A stretch of DNA of 64,000 bases, taken from contig DF237453.1 of the NCBI GenBank assembly GCA_000708835.1, forward strand, positions 4,104-68,103. Direction: 5' to 3'. The notes below the pieces were generated by a model that was given only the letters and a program-made list of their open reading frames with translations, made no database searches and was not told the DNA's origin. Origin of the DNA: Klebsormidium nitens. Lineage: Eukaryota > Plantae > Klebsormidiophyceae. Below, piece by piece: positions 12,746 through 23,782 of the stretch. The position numbers were made by a program, and so were the translations under genes. The number at the start of each line of letters is the position of its first letter. The first letter of the stretch is position 1.

Positions 12746-14017
12746 GTGCGATGCATACCTGTGCTGATCTCGGGTGAGAAACAGCGCAGGGAAGTCTCAG
12801 ATGTGCACGCTACTTCTGTCCTGTGGTTGGAGCGTAATCAGTGGGACTCTTGAAGTTCAGACCTTGCAGTGTGACTGCTTCTGCGTCCTCTTATCTTCCT
12901 CTTTCTTATTTGTGACCAGATATGTTATTTCTTGAAAAGTTCTTATCTTCCACTCTAGCGGTTGAGTGGATCACGACTGAACTAAACGACACTTGAAACA
13001 CGAGCATAGGATCCGGAGGAGCGGCCATCGACCTTGTGAGGACTTCCCTGTGAGAAACATTCCTAGCCGCAGCAACTTCTGCTGAGGAGCGTTCGACTGA
13101 TCAGTCCTAGCCTTTTGGCTTCGCTCGCACGGAAGCAGTCCATGATGTCCAACATGGTCAGCAGCTTCGAAAATTTCAGACGTTCTACCCAACATGGGCG
13201 ACATCTGATCAAAACCTCGACTGAGTATTTTCATTGTTACAGTGCTAGAAGCCGCCGTGACCAGTCGTCCGGCCGCAGTGAACTCTTCGGAGAGCGGAGT
13301 CGAAGCTGACTCGCCGGAGCTTCCCACGCCGCTCGTTCATCCGCCCAAGAAGCTTAGACGTGAGCGCCAAACTGTTGCAGTGTTATTTGCAAAGCTCAGA
13401 GTCTTTCCCGTTTAGCTAGTCCGAAGCGCTCGTTAAAATCTGGACGGCGTTCCCCTGAGAGAGGAGCAAGCGAACGCGACCCAAGGGGCTGCAAAGCCTG
13501 TGGCCTTATAGAATCCAGCGACAACAAATTACACATATTAGTCAATTTTGACAGATTCTCGGATTTTCTGCATCTGTGCTGACCGGTCACTGTCGTTAGC
13601 GGCTTTGTAAGACTGAGCTTAGAATGCAATTGTAGAAACAGTTTTCCGCCTATTACTCGACAGGGTCTTACAGTTTTGACTCGCGGTGTTGCGCCTTTTT
13701 CCCGGCTCAACCACGTGACAACTTGCTTGACCTATGTAGACATCTGCCTCCCATCCTTATACGTTACTGGTATCTTCCTTTCGAACTTATCAAGTGCTAG
13801 GGCAACGTTAGTGTGGACTGTTAGCGGCTCGCCTATGCGACCAGGTAGTCTGTTGAAGCTCTTTCACTCCAGATTCAGGACAAAAACAATACGTCCATCT
13901 CTATGACCAATGAGAAATTGCACAACGGAGTTTGTCAGGCTAAGGGGATCCCTCTTCTCGAATGCAGTAAGGCCTGTTGTGCTTCTCATCGGCGAGGGGC
14001 GAACCCCTGATCTCCAG

Positions 14018-16351
14018 GTTGTCATTAAACACCTGGGCATGCCCGGAAAGTGAGAAAGCAACCCCTATTGTGCTCCCCTCTTTTCGTTCCTCTTTCTCTG
14101 CTCTCTCGTTTCTGCGTGCGACGCTTTCGGGTAGATAAGTTACCTATTGATTAAGGTATGCAAGTGTCCCGCAGTTCATGAGAGGAAGTGTGCCGACTGG
14201 CATGCCGCCCTTGCCTGCGCATGGCATCTGTCTGTCGCCGTTTTCCCTCGTGCCCAAAGTCGATCGTACTTGCACGCTTCTTTCCGCAAACGACGAAGGT
14301 CGTTTGAAAAGGCTGCCGAGTCAGAGCGTCTGCAGTGATGTGCCTGGTTACTGTAGCAAAAGATTCAATCGCATTCCTGCCTTCCCAAGTACGCCACGTA
14401 TAAAATCTTAAGTAAAGAATCCTGTTCCCGGAGCAGTAACGTTCGGCCACGTAGCAATTGCTGCTGAAGAGAAACACCTAAACTCTTTGTTGTTCCTCGC
14501 AGACTGGCTTGGATCGCCGACGACCACGAGTGTCTGACCTACTTCGGCTACCCCCCCGCGCTGCTCCCCCCGACCGGCCACGTGAAAAGAGCGCTTCTAG
14601 CTTTCGACAGCAAGCTGAGATCACAGCTCGGAAAAGCGGGGGCCCGGGTTGTGACCGCTTCCGGCAGAGAGGGGGTCTCTCTCGCCTGGGAAATAGGCCC
14701 CCTGGTCCGGTCAACTGGGGCCATTTCGCGGGACTTTGCAATCAAGGAGGCAGTTGGGCTGGAGGGCCGAACGGAAGAGAGTGGGGAGCGGAAGAGCGGA
14801 ACGGAAGAGGGTGGGGAGCATGAGAGCGGAATGGAAGAGAGTGGGCGGGCGGAAAGCGACCGTGATGGAACTAGCGGAGAGGAGACAGCGGAAACCGGCG
14901 AGATCGTGGGGGCTGCATCCTTTGACAACGGTGCGTTGGAAAATAGAACGGCCGAGGAGGATGGGAGCAATTTGCGAGCAAACGAGCAGGGGTCCGACGA
15001 TGGAGCGAGGCGAAGCGGAAATCTTCAGGGGGGCGCAGTTTCCGGCGGAGTTGGGACGGAAAAGGGCGGAGCTTCACCGGAAGGCGGGAGCGGAGACGGC
15101 GGTGATTCTGGGAAAGCCGAAAATCGAAAGCGCGTTGGCGCAGGGGAATGTTTAGGGTTGCCGCCACCCGACCAAGCGTTCGATTTGAACGGGCCAACGG
15201 ATGTGAACGGGGTCGACGTAACTGCAGTGAACCATTCAGGGGGATCCCTCTCCGCGGGCTGTGAGGAGGTTGCGACGTGGGATGAAGTGGGCCGGAGTGC
15301 GTCGGGAGGGGAAAACGCGGGGACTGCGTCCGTGAGGAGGGGTGCGGAAAGTGCGTCCGGAGGGGGGGGTGCAAAAAGTGCGTCCGGAGGGGGGGGTGCC
15401 GAGACTGTGTCCGGAAGGGGGTTGCGGAAAATGCGACTGGAGGGGGGGCTGCCGAGGAGGCTGTGTTTCGACAGAGGTTTGCAGAGACTACGTTTGGAAG
15501 GAAGGTTGCAAAACGTGCGTCCGAAGGGAGGGGTGTCGAGGCTGCGTCTAGGGGGCGGTTTGCCGAGAGTGCTTCCGGAGGGGTGACTGAGAGTGCCTCT
15601 GAAGGGGGGGTGACCGAGACTGCGTCTATAGAGGGGGTTGCCGAGACTGCTGCTGGAGGGGGGGGTCGCCACACTGCGGTTGGAGGGGGGACGGAAAGAC
15701 GTGCCGCAGGTCTGGTGGGCTCCCTAAGAGCTGACGGAGGCGTACTGGCTGTGAGGTTTCATCGACCAAGTTGGGAAACCGAAACCATTCTAGAACTCCC
15801 TTTAGAACCCTGGTACAGCCCCCCCAGCAAAGTAGAGCAGCTTGTCAGGGTCGCCGAAGATCCAGCGGGATGTGTGACCTGTGAGCAAGTGGGGGGGTCC
15901 GAACACGGGTCCGCCGTGCCCCCCAGAACGTTCAGGAAACGAAAACCGCGTCCCCCGAAAAAGAGCCCCCTGGCAGGAACGGGTCGGTTCGTTGGGCTGG
16001 GCACGAGAAAGGAGCTAGAGACGCTGGTTGCAGTGCTCGGGGGATCATCCCGGGGATCGCGTGGCGTGAGCAACGGGCTGGGGGAAACTAGAGTGGTGCG
16101 AGAAACAGCCGCTCCGGAAAAGCGGTCGGGGTACGATCCCCGGTCGTCGTTTCGGGAGGCGTGGGCTGCGGAAGCGGAGAGAAAGCGGCCATTTTGGGCG
16201 GGGTGGTTTTCCGGCGCGCAAACGTCCGCCCGGTACGAACCACCGGGGGCGATTCGCCCGCCTTGGAGGGAGCCGGTTGGTCAGTCACCGGTCGGTGGTT
16301 TTGGTTGGTTGACTGACAAGGAGTTACACCCTGCGGACAACCCTTGTGCTG
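14018..16351 (+). CDS. Probable downstream exons of the exonuclease gene (unknown domain islands in low-complexity sequence; one apparent frameshift near 15420)
   Basis: Micro-exon 14018-14049 (tctccag|VVIKHLGMPGK|gtgaga, phase 0 to 2) joins the 12745 donor to the acceptor at 14502 (phase 2: LAWIADDHECLTYFGYPP...). Frame continues as ORF 14582-15586 and switches to the frame of ORF 15463-16359 within a G run. Donor gtaggt at 16352; a possible last exon starts at 16398 (DEVGFFESSLRAYYQRVK). Confidence 0.55.
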
Positions 16352-16753
16352 GTAGGTAGCGTGCAAACACCCGGTCGTCAGCACGTCGACCTACCAGATG
16401 AGGTTGGATTTTTCGAGAGTTCGCTCCGCGCCTATTATCAGCGTGTAAAACTTATACGGCTCACTTGTCTTCGCAAAGGGCACCAGGCCCATGTTATGTC
16501 ACGAGAAGTAGTTTTTGGTATTAGTCCAGTCCAAGTACGCATCCTTGAGAAGAGCCGTGATCGAGCCCGTCCGCCGACCCCTTTATTGCTGTGTCCCCAT
16601 CTCTTCCCTCCACTCATACCATTTTTGTTACTATCACCCAACATTCGTCATTCGTGGCGACCTTCTCCTTAGATATGTTCTTGGAATTCTCAAAAAGCCG
16701 CCCACGTCAGCTCGTCCTTCGCTGGGATTCTCGTCCACTTGTGTCCGTAGATG

Positions 16754-17141
16754 TTAAATTGTGGTGACCATAACCCCCGGCTTTAGAGTCCCCAACTCAC
16801 GTCCTTCTTGAATCAAACTTGGGTCCATATTCTGATTAGCGCCATGTTTCGAATGCAGGTATGGCAGCACAACGCGACGAAGTTCTCGGTGTGCCTCCAA
16901 GCGCTCGCCTGGCCCGCTCAGCCGGAGTCTCGAGGCCCTGTTTGAGGACACACCATATGATACGGGACGGATTATGCCCAGGTAAGGAATCTGACCTCGT
17001 AAACAAGGCCTCTCTTCTGACGCCATGTGTCATTGTCCCATCTTCCAAGAACTCCTACTGTTCAAGGAGTTCGGAAATCTATTCAATAATTGCTGCCATG
17101 ATAGCATCCTCAAACGCGAACCAAGCTGTTTCTACAAGCGC
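16754..17141 (-). pseudogene. Decayed coding fragment of unknown family
   Basis: After an acceptor at 17142: ALVETAWFAFEDAIMAAIIE*ISELLEQ*EFLEDG..., two in-frame TAG codons, then an apparent frameshift into ERLEAHRELRRVVLPYLHSKHG. Confidence 0.3.
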
Positions 17142-18857
17142 CTAATCGTTGATCCTTAAATGCACCCATTCATCAAATCATACCTTTCGCAGGTTTTGCT
17201 CTCCGGCCGACCTTTTTGGGTGGAGCGTTGAAAGCCAACCCTTCGACGGGTGTCGTGCGGATGAGATGGGCCGCAAAGGTCTGCCTAGGATGTTAGGCCA
17301 GTTCCTGTCCGCCCCTCAGGCTCCCAAAACCTTCACTGGACGCCTAATTGAACATCGGATAACTTTGTCGAGCCTGCCACCCCGTTCCATTCCTTTCCGT
17401 GTTTGTATGAAAGCTTTGGTATGTCAACCCCTCGCCCCACGAAGGGAGAGCACAAATGCATTCCCGAGGTCGCCGGTCGAGATTGTGCTTGATTGGTCAA
17501 TCCTTCGACAGTCGACTCAGCCGACATGATCGTGTTCGAGTGCGCGATAGCCTTTGAAGCAGAGTGATACTGACAGCTATTGCAAATCACATGGCAATGA
17601 TGTGGACCTCCGCCCATGCATGCACTCTGGTTATACATGTATGCCAAGATTCGTCGATATTGCGCACTGGTACCGTAATCAAACGGCGCGACCTGATTGC
17701 CCGGCTGGCTCTGGCCTGCGGACGCATACGCAGTGGCCCGACACTGCGCGAGACCAGCATATGTCATGCGTCAGGTTACCTTCGATTATATGTAGATAAA
17801 GTGAGCCGCGCCCCAGCGACGCGCGCAGCGCACTGACATGGCGGCTTGGATATCGACTTGATCATGATGTCGATCACGCGGATATACGATGTATCAATTA
17901 ATCAATGTGCTGCATGGCCGCGGCGCGCATGGCAACTTGGCAACGACCAACTATGGATGGCGGGCCGTACTGTTGCTTGCTAAGCACCGGCCAGCAATTA
18001 CTGCGTCAGGTACGTCGCGTATGTCGTAGTTAATCCTATTCAACGCACGTATACCGGCGGCGTATACAGAACTGCTCGCCGGTGGTGTTGGCGCATGCAG
18101 CTGCGCGGCTGCATGCCTGTACGTGACCGTCGCAACATGCGACTTGCTGGCACGGGACCGCTGCCGCAACTTGGCAATGATTCAAATGCGATATGCCACC
18201 TTTGCCAGCATGCAGCGCGCGCGAGGATAACGACTCAGAGTTAATCAGATTGGCCAAATTGAGTTGTATACATCATAATTCGCACATTGAGTCACCGTGT
18301 CTAATTGTCCCGGAGTGAGTCCGTTTTATTGTACGTCGACTAACTTGGAACGGATTGCTCATGCAAGATCAGCGACTAAGACAGTCTACTGGTGCTCGGG
18401 AGAGGGGAACCGGTCTGTCTGCTACAGGCTTCGAGTCCACGCTGTCATGCAGCGTACGTCGCCCAAAGCGTGAATGCAGCACGTTACCCTCCTTCAAGTA
18501 GAAGTCACGGTGAAGAGGCAGGCTTCCAATATTAACGTGGCGAGGTACACGCACTTCTCAATCATGCAGTATGCTTGCGCGTGATTTCTATGTTGCAAGT
18601 TGCAAAATCTGCATGCCGTACGTTTAGGCAACTCCGGCCCTAGCCCAGTGTTGCGATTCACGAAAAAGACTAGACCTGGCCACAATCCGTTGAAGCCTGG
18701 GGACTGCTGCGCTTTCGACCGTTCCTCAATGCTTCTTTTTGAGCCCATCGCCTCGTTTCACAGACTTTGCACAGCGTCTGGCCCGTTTGACTCTATCGTT
18801 AACTTGGTATGCTACCGTTGAAATTTAGTGTTGGACTAATTGAGAAGGGGGTAAAGC

Positions 18858-18911
18858 CTGATCAGACGGCTCCGCCGCCGTCTACTGATCAGACGGCTCC
18901 GCCGCCGTCTA
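18858..18911. repeat. Perfect 27-bp tandem duplication
   Basis: ctgatcagacggctccgccgccgtcta x2; each unit contains the hairpin agacgg-N8-ccgtct. Confidence 0.9.
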
Positions 18912-19103
18912 CAGTCCTACAGCGTGGCGCAACACTGACTGTCCTGTCGGCATTTTCGCTGCCCTCCAAAATATGCTGACGCGAGCGCCAGCTTGATCCT
19001 TTGCTCAGGCCGCATCTTTCAAGTTCGCTGCTCAACAGTTGCGGACTTGAATAGCTGGCTTCTCTGTTAAGTCGGAAACGGAATTTAGTGTCTGAACAAA
19101 AAG

Positions 19104-22100
19104 CTATGCTTCGCCGGATGGGGCAGGCGGCTCTGATAGTTTGAAGGAAGACAGTACCTGCTCGAAGTCGGACTTAGCCTCCGCCCACCGGGTTTGGGCC
19201 GCAGAGGCGGTGACGACGTAGAAATGTCCTGCGACAAAAGGGTGAAACATGCAAACTATCAGCAAGGAACTACAGTCAGCAAGAAAATGTACAAGACTTG
19301 CTGACTAGATGCACTTGGCCTTCCGGCGACCGGAAGGCAGTGGCGAACGCCTTAAAGTCGCTGCCAGAACAAAAAAATCAGCAGAGACCACATCAGCTGC
19401 CGGAACGAGTCCATGGTGTCCACATCTAAACGACGATTGAGCGGCGTCTCTTCGATTGCAAGGAGCCGGAAAGTGGTAAGAGTAGATCCAAAGTACACCC
19501 TTAGTAGACCCACTGATCAAAGGTATAAACTTCTTGGCTTGGCCAGACCGCTTGTATTCTGCTTTGGGGCAGACTTTTAACACAGTTTCGGAAATTTCAA
19601 AGTCGTCTTGCTTCAGACATGACAGCTTCCGGACCCTTCGAAACTTCAACGTTTCCACGTTTCGGCTGCCGGATGCGTTCCTTCAAAACGCTCCAAAAGT
19701 TTTCTTGCTTCAGATACAGATTAAATACCACATTGACGTAGTGATGCCGCGCGATTGTGGGCAGCACATTCTCGCCTTTTCCTTCGGATGCAGATTGCAG
19801 TTTTTCAAATACTCGACGTTTATCTGCTTCTTGCTTGATTTACGTACCTTTAAAAGCTTCAACGTTGACGTAGTGATGCCGCGTGATTGTCGGCAACACG
19901 TTCTCGCCTCTGAAGCATTCCCTCCTGCCGCCAAGGCCCTCTACAACCTCGCCACGGCATTGCTCCGTCACGTACCTGAACGAGACGTCAGAAATAAGAT
20001 CCTGCGTTTGCCGTTCAACTTTTTTGAGCCAACCCTCCCCTCACTTACGGACCACGTTTGGCGGCGGGACTATCGGACTAACCAATGATAACGGGACAAG
20101 TTGAGAAGCGGATCCTCAAGACTAGAAAGAACAAGGCATTGGGATGGTCTAATTTACTTTTCTGCAAGCAAGCAATGCACACAAGGTCGTTCCCTAGGTT
20201 TGATCTGATTTCAAGAAAAGCAACCCAAAACGAGTCAAAATTTCTTGGTGGAACTAGCTCACGAAGAAGAAAGACAGGCCTCCTGATCTGTGGAATCGGA
20301 AGCTCGTAGCAGGGGACTTAATTATGGATCTCTGCAACCAAGATACGTTCCTCAGGGGAGCCCAAAGCAGCCCAAACGATGTCTGGAGCCCATGGAACAG
20401 GAATCTCGAGGATGTTTTAGTTGCACCTTCGAGTGGCTCCCTCTCAAAAGAGCAACTACTCACTCGAAGTGGTACTTGTTCCCTTGTGATGGATCCGCGG
20501 GGGTCTCCATCTCTTTCCGCAGAAACTCGGTTGTGATGTTCTGCACGGAAACGTGTCGCTAATCAGTTTGCGTCCATCGGGGCCTAGTTCTAAGCACAGT
20601 CGAACTGGATCACACACGTGTCAAAGCTGGTCAATGAAGTAAGAAAGAAACAGAGATATATTCAAAAAGGAAAAAGGTGTATAGGACAGGGCAGCGGTTT
20701 TTCAAAAGATCGGGACGGTATGCCGGGTAGGTCGGGCGCATAGCATGGAAAACTGATGAAAAGTTCTCAAGAGTTTCAAAGCTCTGCTTTCAGAGCTTTG
20801 TACTCTAGGACAGCTTAAGAGTAGAATCTTTCCGAGAAAGACTTCGCAAAGAAAAGAAACCGGGCTTTTCAGAGCTCGGTGAACGTTTAAGCCGGCAATC
20901 TGAAGCCACAGAGAAAAGCTAGGTACTCGATCCTTTGAAAACAACTGTTCCCATAACGAAGAGAGGGTTACGGCATTAGCTTCAACAACGCTGCAAAGTC
21001 AGAATCGATGCTCACTCCTCCTATGATGAGCTTTTCACTGATCTCTTCGGCACTGACTGTGCCAGGAGTGCCCGGCGCAATTGGGTATCGTAGCACGCTA
21101 ACCTGGAATGCAACGGCGGGAAACGGTCAGAATCGGAAATGATTCTAAAGGCACGGGAAATCTAAGCTTGGCTTCAAATGTTTTGCTGCATAAGGATCCT
21201 TCGCTCCTCAGAAGGAGACGTACAGTAAGCAAGACTGGCGGAAGGCGTCTTTGAGGAACCTCGATATTTATGCTCTCATGTCAAACCCATTACTCTATGA
21301 GCGTCTTGATCCTGATCCCAGTCTCAATTTGGCACATGAACGCTGCGCTGGCCCAGCGAAGTTCTCGGATATCCGTCGACTTGCCAGGAATGAGCTGAAG
21401 CAACGCTATAACCAGAAACGCCCAAGATAGGGTTTATCGTATCGTCCATTCGCTGGTTGAACTTATGAGCCGACGGAATGCATCAATCCGAGTCCAGCTT
21501 CAAGCTCCTCGTAATAGGGACTCTTCTTGTTCAAAAGATTTGATATGCGACCGATGACAAAAGGACAACCGTCCGAACACCGACCTGAAACCAAACATAC
21601 TCTCGACAAAGCGCACGAATGAAGCTAGCAGAGGCTCCGAAAGACGAAAGGAATCTGAGACTCACTGTATCGAACGTTTTGAAGTCGCCGATGAGAGCGA
21701 GCGTTTCCTCCCCGTCGTCCTTGGCGACCTCCGTCCCCGGTTTTCGGTTCTGCACGAAATGCGCAATGAGCAGATCCTTTCGCGTCCGGTTCCGAAGCAC
21801 TGTTGATCCAAGCGTGTCTGACGCCTTTGCTTCGCGAAGTTCCGCCGTTTAGTTAAAGCACCTCTAGTAACAAGGGTGAGGACAGTGAATGCTAAGAGTA
21901 GAAGCAGCTAGACGAGAAGTCCTTCAAGGAAGTTTCTGTAGTTGTAGGAGCATGATTGGATTTTCAACTGGTTGTAGATACTATGGCTCAGCAATGAAGT
22001 ACGAAGGTACAAGCAGTCGACATTTCGGAAGATTGTTGACTGGGCGTCTCTTCCGTCCAACCATCGATTAGATTCGTGGAGACATCTCAGTTTCGCGCAC

Positions 22101-23782
22101 CCAAAGAAAATCAATCACGCTTCATGAGAAGCTGACTCCTAATTCCTCGATTCCGGCGATTGAAGCATGACTTCTGCATCCTCCCGCGTGCGGACACGTG
22201 GCAGACGGCTACCAACGCAACGTGGGCCGTGATCAAGCATTGACTCACCAAAGCTTCGACGAAGCGGTCGGGGTACGTGATGGTGAATGGCGTGGCGTTC
22301 TTGGTCTCACGGTACTTGACGGGTGCGGGCGCGAGCGTTTTGCTTGCAACCAGGATGACGTCGTACGCGCTCGGCCAGACGTCAGCAAGGGCCGAATCTC
22401 GTGGGCCTGCGTAAGTCAGGCGAGGAGTCACTAAACTGCCGAAGACAATGTTATCTAGAGTGTAAAGTTGCATAGCCTGTCGAGTCAAGGCAACGTTCTA
22501 AGAGATCTTTCCCACTCCGCTGTCGGCCCCGTCATTGCGTTGGTTGTGAGCATAATGTCGAGGAAGGAGGGTTAATAGGTATGATCCAACAAGAATAACT
22601 GGGGCTATCCGGTGATCGAGAGAAAGCAGAGGCCGTGCATGTGGGAAAATCCTCTCATCACGATAGCTTTGGAAGAGTTGCTTGACTGGGCTAAAGAAGG
22701 CAACCTTAAAAATCTTCCCAACAGGGCCGCTTGCTGATCACGATGCAACAGGCAGAGAACAGTCTCAAGACCTTGCAAAGCGGAAGCGCAGACCAAAAAT
22801 CTAGAAAAGGTTAGCAAAGGCGGCCACGTGAACTACGGACACAAAGTATTTGTTGCCGCCCTATGAGCAGATTATTGGCCACTGAGGGCGTGGCAGTTCA
22901 GCTCAGGACAAAGGCAAAAGTTGACGCTGGATTCCGACGCCGCTGTAAAACGCACGTTGTAGTCATTTATCAGCAACCAACAAGCAGACCCCTATTATAA
23001 CAATCACTTCATGCCGTCACCGACTGGGGTCAAGTGCCCAAACAAAGTTGCGAGCGAGATTCTTGCAAGGGTGCCCACAAAAAGCTGGTGGTTTCGTGGC
23101 TTTGTTGAAACACACTGCCGGATCCAGTCAGCCAAACGGCCGTTACGCCAGCACATCAGCTGAATCTTTCACATCAGAGGAGCTCAGAGCCGATCACAGC
23201 GTATAGTCAGTACGAAATTGCTCCAGCATCGAGCCACCTCACGAAATATCAGACGACGTTGAGCAAGGTACCTGACTGGCTCGTGTCAGCTGCCGCATAC
23301 TTGCCATGGGAATGCCAACCTACTTTCAGAAAGGACCGGCACCTTTTGGGTGAAAAGGGTGGTCGTTCTCTTGACACTAACTAGTTACAAGAGCAATCTA
23401 TAAGGCACAGCCGCAACGCTGCTGCAGAGACACAGTGGTGAAAGGATATTATTGGCGCCACATCGGCTCTGCCAGTATTAGAACTTGTATGCAGCAGGCC
23501 AACCCATGCACAGTCGTCAGCACGGCTGCTTCGCATCGTCTAAGCGGTAGCTCAAAATAGATTCTTCCAATCCAAAAAGGGCGTTGCAAAGGACAGACTA
23601 AGCACTTGCAAAGCTTGCTGGCAGATTTTGCGCGACCACTTGGATCTTCCATTCGACTTGCGATGAATCAAGGAACTTCTCGACTGGATGTTGATCTCTC
23701 GGACCAAAGCGGTTCCACACTCCAGTTACAAGTTTCACCCACATCTTGACGACCCCTTTGACGAGTTCTGCTCCAAGCGAGA
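19104..23782 (-). CDS. PsbP-domain (Mog1p/PsbP fold, PPD-type) thylakoid lumen protein
   Basis: Minus-strand GT-AG exons 23782-23743, 23271-23243, 22406-22249, one short linking exon not securely placed (phase 0 to 1 needed), 21799-21666, 21102-21016, 20540-20464, 20287-20263, 20001-19848, 19228-19104. Translation has PsbP hallmarks: TPFTITYPDRF (N-terminal strand), FKTFDTVSVLRYP, and C-terminal RHHYVNVEAFKGHFYVVTASAAQTRWAEAKSDFEQVLSSFKL. Confidence 0.75.

Noticed and set aside
14503-14560. 2H phosphoesterase motif in WIADDHECLTYFG
   Set aside because: Spacing does not fit H-x-(T/S), and no second motif was found.
14871-15674. Long minus-strand ORFs (267 aa and 215 aa)
   Set aside because: Antisense shadows of the G-rich plus-strand exon; Pro/Ser low-complexity with no motifs.
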